A stretch of 64,000 nt of DNA from Leucoraja ocellata (GCA_036785375.1 JAWMAR010000011.1:9052001-9116000); one strand, 5' to 3'; positions 12,595-27,415 are shown, counted from the first letter of the stretch. The notes: a model not told the origin generated them from the sequence alone. Made by a program: numbers and translations.

Positions 12595-14167
12595 CTAGGG
12601 TGAGGAAAATAAGAAAAAGATGTTTAGAAATTAAAAGTTCAACCTCTTTTTTCCTCAATCTAATCACTATCACGTATTTTGCAGTTGGATGGAATCAATC
12701 CAACCACTATCAATTAGACTAGATCTTGTGGAATAGCTTTTAATTTTTTCTTAAGCGGCAGGTCACTGAAAACACAAGTCAACAATCTTGTGGCGAGTGT
12801 CAAGCAAGCTGAACGATTTTGCATTTAACCGAGCAAGTACCAAAAATAAATTGCAAATTATAGCGGAAGAACTTCTTAAAATTGGATTTAAGCATAATTA
12901 AAGAGAGAAAAAGACATGGATTAAAGGAGAGATAATAGAAATGATATATAAAACATTAAAATCATATTTTAAAAAAACCTACAAAATTATTTCTGTACAC
13001 TGGGAATACTTAATATTTAGAACCAGGAATGTTGGCTGGCAGTAATTAACGTATATTATGCCGTTAAACAAGTACTTAGGCTAGAATGGAGAATGCTTGA
13101 CTTTCACGGAAATTATAGCAACTTCAAGCCATTCGCTGCAAGTCAATAAACCACAAAGTAAGGAGCCATTTCCAAAAAAAAAGCCATTTTTTGGACAGTT
13201 GAGATTAACCACATATCTTTCACGCACCTGAAGTTAAAAATCCGACAGGAAAACCTCGGACATTATTGACAGAGAAAATTGTTATTTCCTTTTTATTATA
13301 TAGTATTGTATTTATCTTTGCGGCTTTGAAATTATTCCAACGTAGAGAAATATTTTGAAGTTCTTAACCACTTTGAAGGTCAGAGTCTATCTGACATAAC
13401 ACATCTTTACAGTTTAGAGAAGACTTAAATAAATTAAATAATCTAAACCAATTAAAAATAGTATGACATTGCGTGGAAGGTGTTAAAACCTATTCAGGTG
13501 ATGATATTGAGACATCAGTAATTCTATGAAGATCATTGTTCCATTGAACCATTACTTCAAGCAAAGCAACCTTTTTCTATTGCCACAGTGCAAAATGCTA
13601 TGAGAATCCATTAAAAAAAACCTCAACAAAGTAAGACAACTTTAGCTACATACACAATCTACAGAAAACATATTCCAATGCAATTATTTATATGGTGCCT
13701 TTGACAGATGTCCCAAACAATTGGGTTATTACAAATCCTAAATACACTTGACCATTAACACCAGGAGATTAAACTAATGGTCTGAGATTTAAAAAACTAA
13801 AATGACCATGTTAGTTTACTACAATCCATAATGAATATAAAATAAATGGTATTTTCTTCAATGGCAATTGGACACTCGACCACATAGAATATGATTTGTC
13901 ACGTTTCTGTTTTGTACATTTGTGCAATTTGATCAGTACAATGAAATAGTAAAATACAAAAAGTACATAGAGAGAGAGAAACAATCACATCCATCTATTA
14001 AAACCCTTCTACCACAAAATCCCTTTTATTTAGTCAGAACGCATTCAATATTATGTTTTGCAGCTTAAAACCCCTATGTTTAAGGCTCAAATACAAAAAA
14101 ATGAATGGTATAATAATTAACTGACATATTATTCACACATCTAAGAGAAAACATACATACATGAGGC

Positions 14168-14243
14168 AAATGCATTTCGTTGTCTCTGTACTGTACACTG
14201 ACAATGACAATAAATTGAATCATTTCATTTCATTTCATTTTCA
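14168..14243 (+). mobile_element. SINE/LINE 3' tail with (CATTT)n
   Basis: aaatgcatttcgttgtctctgtactgtacactgacaatgacaataaattgaatcatttc matches the tail at ~49477-49546. Confidence 0.7.
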
Positions 14244-17200
14244 GATACCATTTGTCGACTCACTAAATTCTTATATTTCTTAATTAGTGAACACCTGGTT
14301 ATATCTTCCGCTTTAACATATCAACTCTACAAGCAATGTTGAAAACATCTCTAATATCCGTACTGACTGAACCAGTGTTATGTCAGGATACATTCCATCT
14401 AATAATTTAGCAATATGTTGATTATGATCTTGATTCATCTTTGTGCAAAGATTATTTTCTTCCTTGGGGGTATGATGGACATGGTAAGTGGAAGAGATAC
14501 AAAAGGTAAAGCAACCTCCATATAATGATCATACCAATTCAAAAAACACCAGCACCTGAACGGGATTAAAATATTATGGGAAGCTAGGGATAGCGGATGT
14601 CAGGAAGCCAACTAAGGAAGCAAAGCAGTTGCTAATCTAAACTGTTTTAAAAATATATTTATGTGAAAAAGTTTAATAGTTTCATTATGAGTATAAGAAA
14701 ATAATAACATCAACCAATGAAACACGCACAGACTACAATTTCCTACTGAAAGAAAAAAGTATCACAAGTCATTGTACAAGTCTTAGCACTGTTGTAAAGG
14801 ATTTAAAATCGGAATACATTAGCCTTAATAATTTCATAGTAAGTCTTGCCTGTACCCATGAGTAACATAAAGCAACTTTATTTCACTCAATATTTTTGAA
14901 TAAGTCTAAAGGCATTTTGGATGAGCAATGCATCTCAGACAACTTAAAGATTTCTATAGATCGCTAAATGTGGCTGTCCAATTTCATATAAATAGAAGAT
15001 AAATTAAAATTGCTGTTAATTTGACTGGCCTTTTTTTTTAAGAAAATGGTATAACAATATATTTGTGAAAGCTTTGGAAGATGCCTATTATAACTTCATA
15101 AATTATAAATATATGATAATTATCTCCCTTATCAGTGGTTCAAGAAGATAGCCGCTAAACACAATCTTTTATAATTGGATTAGATTTGTACAAATAATTT
15201 GGATGTATCAAGATTGCTGAAACAGCAATGAAACAGAATACCATGTGATCCTACTGGGCAGTAGACTAACCACTGGCGCAAAACATTAGATGAATTTCTC
15301 AGTGTAAACTCAAGGGGACTATGACTCCAAAGAAAACTACACAAAGTATCAACAAATCCTTTTAAAAACACTGTTTCTGCTGACTGGAAAGAGGGTGTCC
15401 ACAAGGAAGAGCAAGCCCCAACAGTCTGCCCCAACAGTCTGGGAAAAAGATTAGATTACGCATGTTTGCACACATTTGCCTCATAATATTTATCAATTGC
15501 ATGTGTCGCCTCAAAAACCCAGTACATTTAAATTACTATGCATGTCTCTTAACAGGACCGACTGTAAAATCTTCACGGACTTACATTCCTGTGAAGTACC
15601 TTGTGCTGTTTTAATCTGTTAAAAGTTCTTTATAAATGCAGACTTTCGGTATGCACACAGGATACATAGGGATAAGAAGATTCAGCACAGACATGGTGGG
15701 TGTGTATACAAAATAATAGTTAGTGTATTACTAAGATGTGGAGCTGCTTGCTGTCTGTCGTTTGATTGCTGTCTCAATTGTGGGTTTACTCTCATTTTGC
15801 AGCTACAGAATTTCTTTCGATTACTGGAGTGATTAAGAAGCACTGTTGTGATTAAGATGCACAAAAATGAGACAGTTATTACTGTTTTAGCAGTAAAGGT
15901 GAAATATATTTTTTTGAAAGGCAAAAGGATTGTTTAGATTGATTCAATAGTACAGTTGACATTACTGTAACCAAAAGTTAAATCAAATAAACCAATGATA
16001 CCAGCACGTCATCAAGTAACATACTCTAATTCAAACATGCAGCAGCATCAACATACCACGGCTATAACAGTAGTAACTCTACTTGCTATGTGTGCACTAA
16101 AAGATCAGGACATTCAGCATTCATATCTAATGTCGATATATCACATGTCAAATTTGAGAAAAAATGAAACATTAGTATTCCAATCATTTGAATATATGAA
16201 AAATTAAGTATTCATAAGACGGGGAAACTTCCCTCATGCCTGACATCATCACCAGTAAATAAAACCAAAATATACAAATTGAAGTGCTTCATAAAATTAG
16301 TTATGCACAATCAAATGTCTTTTTAAGAAAAGAACTGCAATTTGCATTGCCATGAATCACAAAACGTTTAAATAATAAAACGTTTAGATTTTTTTTGTGC
16401 TATTGTGATATGTCAAATTATGTACGAAACTAACAATTATTTGGTAGACTTGCTCTAGTTTGTAATAAATGCACTTTTTACTTAAATGGTGGAACTCCAA
16501 AATAACATTTTTTATATCCACGCCAGCAAAATGTGTAACATTATGGTCAATTTCTCAGCCTTCCTAACCTTAGAATTTACATTGCCTTTTGTGTCCATTT
16601 TATTGCTGAAATCTTAATAAACCAGAGAACAGGGATATAACAAAGACAATTTTGATTAACATTATAAGTACTTTATAGTCAATTATATACTTTCTCGAGC
16701 AAACTCCCTTTTGTAATATAAAAGAGTCAAATTGCTCCTGGCAAGCTCTGACAATCAGAAATGTTACGTGGACAAATTAATCTGCTTTTAATTAGTGACA
16801 TTGATTCAGAGATAATATGGACCAAGACACCCGAGGTAACACTCTTGTCCTATGATCACTCACAAGCCCACGAGTCAATGCAGCATCGTGTCTAAAGGTA
16901 CTGCAGTGGCATGCCAACAGTATTGGATTGGATTGGATTGTTATCTTACAATGTTGTGCTCAAGTCAATTGAATGGAAATTGAACACACAATCTTCAAAA
17001 ATACTACTAACTGAGTCACAACTGACACTAAAGGTTCAACAAACATGTATTTGATTCAAAATGTATAAAATACATATTTACACCACTTCGGTATTCACAG
17101 GGTGTTGACAAAATCTGAAGTAGAATCAATAACATTCCCTTTATTCACAATGATTCACCTATTGCAGCAGATTGCTTACCTTTTTATTTAATTCTTCATT

Positions 17201-17954
17201 TTCTTATTATCAAATGCGATTTTCACAATTTTCTATTCTTCAAAAAGCATAGGATAAAGCAAAAACATTCAATCCTTCCACAGCAACCCCTACAACCCTC
17301 CTCCCCCCAACTAGATCACAATTCCAAGACTTATGTATGAGTAATGAGAAGATACACTGAGGAGCAATTTCTAAATTAAACAACGAAATAATTAAAACCA
17401 AGTACCTCATCTTTAATTATTCATTTTAATTTATCACCAGTGTAACAATAAAACCCAAGCAAATATGTTGAGCAAAAATAAAATCATAAACCTACAACAT
17501 ATGTGCAAAACAAGGTAAACAGCAATGAAAACAACAGGGATAGGTTTATTTATCTCAATGAAAATGATAATAGTTCGTGATTGTTAAACTTGTCTTTTAT
17601 CTGTGACTTGTCAAAGATACAATTTTGTGAATTGCTTTTCCTCTGGCAATTGCTGATCACAAAAGCACCAGTCAACCCATTGGTAGGAGAGGGAGTGGGA
17701 GAGGGGGAACCGAATTGATGAGGTATGAGAATTTTCATTGTTATCACCTTTCTTTCACATGTGTAAACCGTCAGTGCAGTGAGTTTATGCTGTTGGTTAA
17801 ACCATTTTCTAGACAAAACATTTGAGAGGTCATTCAATAAGCTAAGGGGAGGTTTATAAATGTATCATTAAATTTATATTTCACTTTTCCTGTCCGCTTA
17901 ACAAATTCCTGCATTATCTTAGCACTTTAATGAAAACACATTAGATAACAGTAA

Positions 17955-18147
17955 TGTTTAAGAAAGAACTGCAGATGCTGGGAAAATCGAAGGTAGACAA
18001 AAAAGCTAGAGAAACTCAGCGGGTGAGGCAGCATCTATGGAGAGAAGGAATAGGCGACGTTTCGGGTCAAGACCCTTCTTCTCGATCCGAATCGTCGCCT
18101 ATTCCTTCACTCCATAGATGCTGCCTCACCTGCTGAGTTTCCCCAGC
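17955..18147. mobile_element. Palindromic Penelope-pLTR-type element
   Basis: Same family as 996-1137; inverted arms; minus strand reads GAAGAAGGGTCTTGACCCGAAACGTCGCC (partial hammerhead core). Confidence 0.7.
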
Positions 18148-18195
18148 TCAGATAACAGTAATGTCTTATAGAATAATTCCAGTTATACCTTCTAG

Positions 18196-18425
18196 GGAAA
18201 TGGGGAAGACAGAAATCCAACCTATGGAATTTGTTTGTTGATAACTGCAAGAAATTCTTTTTCTGAAAAATGATTTCTAAGTTAATAATTATTAACTTAG
18301 AAATCATTTTTAAAGACAATTTAATTAAAAAAGATTTTGTCTGAAATTGAAATTTCAGAAAAATAATTTCTTGCAGTTATCAACAAACAAATTCTATAGG
18401 TTGGATTTCTACCTTCCCCATTTCC
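18196..18425. repeat. Nested inverted repeat: ~73-bp outer arms around a perfect 46-bp palindrome
   Basis: 18196-18268 is the near-perfect reverse complement of 18353-18425; 18266-18311 is a perfect spacerless palindrome. Confidence 0.9.
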
Positions 18426-21400
18426 TCTCAGTGATGTCTGCTCCACATTAAATTACTGATTTATAAAACTGATCTATTTTTATATTTCACAAAGAATTCC
18501 AAGTGAGATACATACTTCGCTGGCATAGTATTGTATTTTTGGGGACAAAAGTTCCCTTAACTACTAATTAACACAATAATAGAGTAGGACATTTAACACA
18601 ATACAATCTCTGAATAGTATTACTCTACTCAAAAATCTATCTTTAAGATACCTTTAATCTTTCTCTCTCTTCCACTTTTTCCATCTTCCAAGATTTCATT
18701 AGTTGTGCAGCATCTCGACTTTTGTAATGTCTTTTGAGATGCTGTACACATGTTGATTATAAAAATGCTAATTCAATAAATAAATCAATAAAAAAGGACC
18801 TGCCAAACTGCACAAATTAATGGAAAGCAAAAAAAAGTTTATAGGGACTCATAAGGTGATGCAAAAAAATGGTCTCTTTAAAGGCCTGACACAAACAAAA
18901 AGGAGAGAGCAGAACAACCCCGGCTAGTAAAGATCAGGAGGTAAAAATAAAACGCTGTACTCAGCAGGTTAAAGTTCGTCTACAGAGGGGGAGCAGAATT
19001 ATTGTTTCAGATCTATTTATTTCAATGGAATAGTGGAAGATAAAAGTTCATCATACATTACACAAGAGCAATTTCAATCAGGATGACAAATAATGAAGTC
19101 TTAACTATTCTTCTTTGATTCCTGCTTTAAGTGTATGAGGTGTGCAGTCAGCATCATCTGAAGTTGTTTTCAACTGTTCAGATTCAAAGACAATATCATT
19201 GGATTTAGCTTTGTATACCTGGACATGGTTCAATTATACCATTCTCTCTGAAATCAAAATGCCAGGTCCAGTACACTTGTGACTCTGGTTTCATTGTTGC
19301 TTTAGCATTTTTCCCCATAATATATTGTTTTCCAAAACTCAGCATTCCAGCAACTATAACAATTAATTTACGATTTAGTTTTGAAAGAATTGTAATGCAT
19401 TTAATCATGGAACTCATAAGCAGGTATTTTAAATTCATGATAATGTTACAAGGTTAAAATGCTGCAGTACACTTAAGCATTAATTTACTTTATGGAGCAA
19501 GATGCTGATTTGATTCTCCATGTGATTCAATTTTTATTCTTGGCTTTTAAATTGACTCTAGGTGTCAGGCAGGGGGAGGAAATAGGTAGGAACCCATACA
19601 ATTGGTTCTCTGGTACCTTGTGCTAACATAGTCTTATTGATGTGGAAATTGGTGAAGGTCTCCTTTACTTGTGCTTGACTGAGTACACTTACAAAAGATA
19701 AAGCCCTAAGTGAGATGCCAGGCTGAATGAGTGAACCCAGTGGGCAACAAAGAATTGCAGTGTTGATGAGGGGGAGAAAGGTTTTGTGACAAAGATGATA
19801 TGGGTGGAAACCTGTGGTAAACAAGACAACAAAATATAAACTTGTTGATTCAGTTTTGGTCAGGGAGGAACAATGAAGTTAGTAGTTGGGGAATAAAGTT
19901 TACAATGGGGACCAAGATGATCGTACATCAAGTGTACTGCCAGACAAAATGCTGAAAACACACAAAAATAATTTAAGAGGAAAATGGATGCTGCAATGTG
20001 GCGATTATGAGGTATACCAGAGAGCTTGAGGTCGCAATATAAATATCTGCAATAAATGGGGTTACCGCAATAATCCGACATGTGGAATACTACAGATCAT
20101 AGCAAAATGCCCCAATGTTCTCCTATTTGTGCAGTACTAAAAGTAAATGGCGATTTTAAAATTAAAAACTTGAAGTCTTAAACTGACCTAACTATTTGAT
20201 ATGGTTTACTGAATTTATTATGAGTTTGTTGCTGTAGCTTAATTCTATTATCATTTATGACTCATAAGCCATGTACTAATGATTTCTTCAGAAATTTTTG
20301 AGACGTAACAGTGGCTTGAATGTTTCAATGCTAGAAATTCTATGTATCAAAAGCAAGTTATTATCCTGGTTAATTCTAGCATAAGATTTACAATAATGCG
20401 TCAGAAATCAGGCAGACTACTCTAGGTTTATCATTAAAACACAAGATTAAAAAATAAATAAAAATTGATACATAAGAGAAATATCAATTGCATTTCAAAT
20501 TGAGAGATTCTTCAGAAAGGTTCTAACATGCTCCATCTAAAAACTGTTAGGCATTAACTTATAAATTCTCATACATTCTGTTCTGATTTCAGCTTGCGTA
20601 TGCCTTTTAATTATTCTTAATTCTTCTCAATGAAAAGATACATTCATATAGAATCAGTCCTTTCATATTGTAAATAGTTCAACTTAAAATATATTCCGTG
20701 GAACTGTTTGAGTATTCCACGGGTAGCGGTATTTGAACATAGAGCAACAAATGCTGCTTAATTCAAATGTAGTTCTTCTTATTTACAGTTGGTTACTGTA
20801 CTATCATTTCACTTCATATACAAGACTGAATATGGTCACTTATGTCCACAAGAGAGATTTTTAATCTAATTAAATAAATGAGATAAAAATCTCTCTGTTG
20901 GACATACGTGTACTAAATGAGAGCCAATATCAATCCAAAATCTAATGGCTTAAAGTCCGTGGCACATAATTTGCCATTGCCAACCATCTCACTCAAACAT
21001 TTTTTACGGTAGTTTAATTCAAATTATCTGGAAAATTCAATTATTTTTAGCATAAGAAAGCACAGTCCTGAAATAAACTTGTAGTTCGGGAAATCGAGAT
21101 GTTATATCACTGTAGCTAAATTTAGATTTTAGTTTTATTCTATATTTGGTTTGTTCTATACTTTTCCTTCAATTTCCATTGGTGGCAAAGCATACAAAAT
21201 ATTTTCTTCTTGATAACATGAGCAACAAAGGGAATTTAAGATTTTCTCTAAAATATGAACATATCTACTGAAAAATTCAATGAAGCTTTGTGAAATTACT
21301 AATACCTGAATTGTCACATACACAACAGTTTGCTTGTAAAACAATCAGTCATAAAAGTCTTACCAAAAACAGTTGAAAAATATTCTTCCTATGCTGAAAA

Positions 21401-22839
21401 ATATTCCATTTCCACCTGACCTTTTCCTGTTACACAATCAAATGAGAACCAGCTTCATAAAAACTTATTGTAAATGCTATCAATATTCATTTGGAACCAA
21501 GAGCCATAACTGTCACTCCTAAGATAATAAAAAATCCAGGAATAAAATTATTTCATATTTGGTGGAATATTGTTGAAATTTGAACTAGAGCTTTATTGAA
21601 ACTTTAATTTTTAATAAAATGTAGGAACCATAATTGAAGGCATCCAGGGAAAATTGTGCAGACAATCGGAAAAATGTAGGAAAAAAATCCCTATCATTTA
21701 TAATATAAAACCACAAAACTAGATATATATTTTTTGCATCCTCTTAAAGTGGGTGTTACTTGTAGACCAAGACAATGCATTAGTTCACCACACAACATTT
21801 CTACAATTGATCGGATTCATAGCTGCAACATCAGTTTCTCAATATAACAAAGAGCTAAATCATTCATTTAGATTGTGGGCCAAGTGACTCAGATGTGCTA
21901 ATGGCATAAAGAGAACTTAAATTGTTAAAGTGTTCCAATATGTTTTTGGAAAATTAATAAATTGTAATTCAACGTTCAGAATAATAACAGCATAATGTTC
22001 TTGATGAATATATTATCCTTATGATGCCCTCTTATTAAATGGAACTGGAATACAAGCTCAATTGAGATGTTTGATTAAACTGAGCCAAATCTAGGCACTT
22101 GTCGACTAAGTTTAGATATACTTTTATAGATAAAAGTAAATGAATTCACAGCAAGTTTAAGCACTAAAACATAATCTATCATCTACATTTTCTTACAAAA
22201 GATCATAGAATATTCAATTCATAGTATTTATGACATTCTTAAGCAATATTTGGCATTAAAAAAAATAAAAACATTGGCATACAAAAAAGAAATATTCTAG
22301 TTTAGATTCCAGTTCTGAAAAAGAAATATATTCTAATTTTGGTTCCAGTTATGAATAACATCAATAATTTAATTTATTGTGTCAATTTGCTCTATCTTTC
22401 TGCTAGTACAGTGACAGGCACATCTTTTACTCCAGATTTCTGTTATACAGATCTTGCCTCACCATTTTCCCCCTACTCACCTGCAGACACCAATTACTTG
22501 CAATTAATATACCATCCATCGTCCTCACATGTTATAGAGACCATTATTCATATTTGAAGCATTTCCTACAAACATTCTTCTAGCACATGCCATTGGAAGA
22601 CAATAAAGAGAAGTCCTAGAAAACGTTGCCTTCTTTAATCTAGGGAAATTAAACCAATTTACTTTATTTCAGCTTACTGCTTGTTAAGATGACATAAATC
22701 AACAGAAGTAGGAGACCAAACCAGGAGTTAGATTGCTGGATATTCTTGCTGAATTTTATCGGTTGTTAAATTTCACATTCAATTACACTAATTAAGGATA
22801 AAACTAATGTTTTTTTATAAATGCAGTTGTATCTTCTTT

Positions 22840-24200
22840 GATAAGCCCTTGGAAAAGAAGGAAGATTATTGATCCAGTTAGATAATTCGGCAAGCAGCGA
22901 AGAGTAGAAGGATCGTGGACAAGTACTTAAATTGGCAGGATATGATTAGTGGCGTCTCATAGGGATAAACGTTGGGGCCTCAACTACTTGCAATATGAAG
23001 GGCTTAGGTAAAGTCAACCACACAACCAATTTTGTTAATGAGCAGAACCAAGCAGCATTTTAAAGATATTAATATGTTGTGAACAGAAAAAATAATGTTT
23101 AAATGGATTTCAAAAGGTCACATAGTTGGATCCTAAACAGGATAACCAGTATACTTGCTAAATAGTTAAAAAACTCAAGACTGTAATTGTCCAAAGTGAG
23201 TTGGGAATCTTAATGCAGAGATTATTAAAACATCAGGGACACACAGAAAATATCCAGAAGAGCTGTCTAACATTGGAGCAAATAAATGAGAAGAATAAGG
23301 ATAGAAGCCATGTTGTACCTATACATAGCCCTGGTTAGAGTGCTGTATTCAAATTTGGACATCACAAAGACATACTGGCGGGGTACAATGTAGACTCACC
23401 AGAAAAACAACTGAATTGTAAAGGGGCTGTCCCACGGGCGACATAATTGGTGAGTTTTGAAGAGTTTGAAAAAATGACATGTAGAAGACCTCCTTCGACT
23501 ATGTTGAAGACCAGTTTCGACTTGCTACGACTAACTTCGGGAAAATTGGACACCGAATAGTGGAGAGTGAAGACGACCTCCTTCGACCTCCCTTCGACTA
23601 TGATGAAGACTATCTACGACTACCTTCGACTACTCTCGATTGCCTACGACCAACATGCCGACCTACTACGACTAAACCTACGAGGAAAAAAAAGTAGCGA
23701 TTTTTTCCATGGCGACCTTTTATTACTCGCGGGTATTTTTTAACATATTTGAAAACAATGCCACGACCTAGCTGAGGCCTCGAGTACGCGGAGACCACTC
23801 TCGAGCATGAAGGAGAGTTCCGAAGACCTCCTTCGACCTCGTGTCGACCATGCTACGAGTACGAGTCGAGGGCAAACTCGCCAGAACTCACGGATTAGGT
23901 CGCCCAAGTGGGACAGGCCCTTAAAGCATAAATTTTGAAAGTATATAGTAGACATAGTAGAACATGTCTGAATTTAAACATTGAGGGATTTGATCTGCTT
24001 TATTTTCAAAATTTTGGGGAAACTTATTGAGAGAAACTACGACCATGAAATAGAGTGTCAAGTATATTAAATCCCATTGTTCAGGATTAATGTTCAAAAA
24101 TACATCCAATACATACTAGAAATTTGGAACATCCTTCTAAAAATGAATGTTTATCTCGTCATTGCTAATTTGAAATATAAGTGTAATAGATTTTCATTAT
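22840..24200 (+). mobile_element. Old, degraded CR1 RT fragment interrupted by a Harbinger MITE
   Basis: Remnants resembling FDK, SGVPQG..LGP.LF and LYxALVR motifs; no intact ORF. Confidence 0.45.
23422..23921. mobile_element. PIF/Harbinger-type MITE
   Basis: TIRs aggggctgtcccac / gtgggacaggccct, TAA target duplication on both sides, internal reiterated (C/T)T(T/A)CGAC motifs. Confidence 0.8.
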
Positions 24201-26117
24201 TGAATGTCAATTTCTAATTTGATAAAGAAGAGTAAAGATATTTGTTATCTAAATGCATTACAGGGTATAAATGCATAGTTAGTACAAGTAGTTAGATCAC
24301 AGATCACCTAAGCCTGAGGGACTAAATAGCTTTGTTTTCTGATCCAATGAAGGCAAGTTCAAATAAGTCACATTTACTAAGTAGTATGCATAAAAAATAA
24401 TCAGGCTTATCTTTGTGACTATTTGTAATATTTTGAGCATGTATATGGTCAAATAAGTCTCTTCCCTGTAGCAGACTATTCCAATTTTAAGGAGGGTTTC
24501 CCACTGTTTCCTCTCACCAACATTAACTTTTTATCTTCTTGTTAAAGCTAAGCGCCTTGATATGTTTTCCCAGTTATTGATTTCTACTCTAACCATGTAG
24601 GTGGAATTAAATGACTTATTTTACCAAGTTATTATTTACCTAAATAGAAGGCAGATGATGCATCTATTTGTGCAAATCAAAGTATATCATTTGCTCATAA
24701 ACCTTTAATTTAATTACCACAACAAATAAAAACGGGTTATCATCCTCAAGTAGTAAAAAAAAACAACTTTATTTTTCTTCTGTTCACCTTCGTGCTTCAA
24801 ATAATCATTGTGACCTCTTTACATCAGTGAGCTTCTACTTCATCGCAGATGATTAACTATAGAAAAAAGGGTCTAGTACAATTGAAAGTTGGATTTCACA
24901 ATGTTACCCACCCCCACCAATGTCTGGAATCAGAAGATGGTGTGGAGTAGTTCAAATTCACATGTCCATTCTAACAAATGGAATTCAGAAATGCAGACTA
25001 AGAGGCTACAAAATGAACAAATGTATAAACACATGACAGAAAAAAATTTGTGTTACCAGTAAAATTTCTATATCATCTTGAGATACATTCAATATTTCAG
25101 AGGTTAATGTGTTGAATTACTACTTGGCTTGCAGCAGCAACACTTTCTGCCAGCAGAAAACAAATGTTCTGCCAGAAGCCGGCAATTTAAATGCATTAAT
25201 AATGCACAATGAGTAAATCATGCTCACTTCAGTGACCATGTTTCCCAGCTTTTGGTTAAGTGCAATCAATAAGAAGCATATCCAGCAGCAAACTATGAAA
25301 ATCAAGTGTATCCCTATTATGCTTTATCATTTACTGCGATATGCCGCACCTAACATTTTCTGGGGATGGTGCAAAGGCCAAGACAATCTGAATGCTCTTA
25401 CAGATAACATGATCTTCAAATTTACCACATATCTAATGCTCAAGTAATCAGTTACTAAGACAGTTTTTGGCCAGAACTACTACAAATGAAATGGTGGGAA
25501 AAATTCTGGTTAGAATCACAAACGTGCTGCTAATAATATCATTGTCATTTCTAGTTAGTAACCATTTGTGTAACATCTCGTTGAGTAAGGCTCTCTTCCT
25601 CAGAAGTAATTTCATCACCCAATATGAGTCAAATTGCACAAATAAAGAACAAATTTCCATACACTTTATTTTGTAGTAGTAATCTCATCAGCTGTTTTGT
25701 AGTATATGTACTGAATGAATAAATTAAATAAATATACACTGCTTTGCCATGGTGGTGGGTATCAGGACAAATGGATTAGCAGATTAATTTGAAGCCAATT
25801 AGACAATAGGCAATAGGTGCAGGAGTAGGCCATTTGGCCCTTCGAGCCAGCACCGCCATTCAATGTGATCATGGTTGATCATTTATTCAAATAATTATAT
25901 TATGATGGGAACAAACTGAAATGGATTGAAATTTCAGGTTGTCATTTCCTGGTAGAATCAATTGATTTGGGGTTGTTTGACATTATTGATGTGGACAATA
26001 CAAACATTTCCTCCTTTTTTGGTGAGCGTGCACATCCATCAACACCAGCTTCCATCTTCTCTCCTTCTTCAGTATTAGCCCCATGATTTCCACTGTGCAA
26101 CCCACACAAAACTTCTG

Positions 26118-26254
26118 CTATTTGGGAGCATCTTCAGGTTTGTCCCGGACTCCCAAAATGTAACGAATCTTTTTTCTGCTGTCACTGCATTTGCTGTTTA
26201 CCATGGCATAAAATGCCTTGTCCGTCACGTATGCAAACTTCAGCTGGACATATG
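26118..26254 (-). CDS. BEN-branch exon C (terminal): C-terminal part of BEN domain, AYVQLKFAYVTDKAFYAMVNSKCSDSRKKIRYILGVRDKPEDAPK*
   Basis: Acceptor TTTGTTCATTTTGTATTTTGCAG|CA (phase 1, matches donor at 31573); 137 nt to TAG; 'NSKCSDSRKK' fits the BEN C-terminal helix; AATAAA on minus strand at 25887-25882 and 25670-25665. Confidence 0.82.
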
Positions 26255-26839
26255 CTGCAAAATACAAAATGAACAAACATTAGTTTGATGGATAATCTAA
26301 AATAGGATTAATTAAACAAGACACTTCAGTCTTAACATTGTATCGAGAGTGGATCCAGGCATCCCAAGAACTGGACTAAGTATGAACAAAGTTATATTAC
26401 ATAATCTTCATATTTGATCTATCCAGGCATTATAGGGAAGCAAGGATGTCATAGATGGGGTTAAAATATATCCAAAGCTTCCACTGTACACTCACCACGA
26501 TAACCTCCCAGAGTTTTTGGTTTGCAAAGTTAAAAAATAAAATTTTAGTAAACCATTCAAACAATTCTGAAATAATACACGATTTTCTTGAAATTGGATT
26601 GAACCAACATTTATCATCTGAAATCATTGTGTTGCATACTAGTGCCAAATTGGGTGCTCCTAAAAAAAACAAGTGTGTGATTATGTTAAATGTGCAAAAA
26701 ATGAGTTTCACAGTTCAACATAGCTCCTGACACTCAACTGCACAGCAAATAGAGTAGGGCATGTTCTCTATGGCAGGAGAGCAATAACAAAGGCTGTACA
26801 GCTGAAACAGAGGAGAGGGAGGGGTAAAAGCTTTGTACT

Positions 26840-27415
26840 CGCCAGAGGTAGCAACATTCACATACCTAGGCAGTGTTGTGGACATCACCGGAGGGGCAGA
26901 GGCAGACATAAAAAGTCGAATCAATAAGGCTAGGGTGGAGTTTAACATGCTCAGGAAGATCTGGAGCTCAAAACACATCTCAATCAACACCAAAATATGC
27001 ATCTTTAACTCAAATGTGAAACAGGCGATGCTGTATGGAGCAGAGACATGGAAAACAACAAAACACACTACAAACTGGCTGCAAACATTTATTAGCACCT
27101 GCCTTAGGAGAATACTCCACATCAGGGGAAAAGAACAAGTCAGGAGCCCATTGACTTACAAATTCGAAGGAGAAAATGGAGTTGGATTGGACACACCCTC
27201 AGAAACCTGCCACAAACATCACCCGGCAAGCCCTGAAATGGAACCCCCAAGGAAAAAGTAAAAGAGGTCGCTCCAGGAAGAGGTGATGAGGTGCCCAGAC
27301 AGAAATGTCTGAGAGTGGACTCAACTGGGGAGATCTCGAAAGAACTGCCTACAACCGAGTGAGGTGGAGGACATTTGTCAATGGCTTATGCGCCCTAGAG
27401 GAGCAAAGGGCTTAT
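26840..27415 (+). mobile_element. RTE-clade LINE 3' fragment
   Basis: FTYLGSVV...DIKSRINKAR...TKICIFNSNVKQAMLYGAETW, the RTE RT C-terminal region. Confidence 0.8.

Noticed and set aside
12595-12673. N-terminal extension MIVIRLRKKE..IFLTL of the 753-aa ORF
   Set aside because: It is intron sequence (polypyrimidine tract) upstream of the TAG acceptor at 12597-12595.
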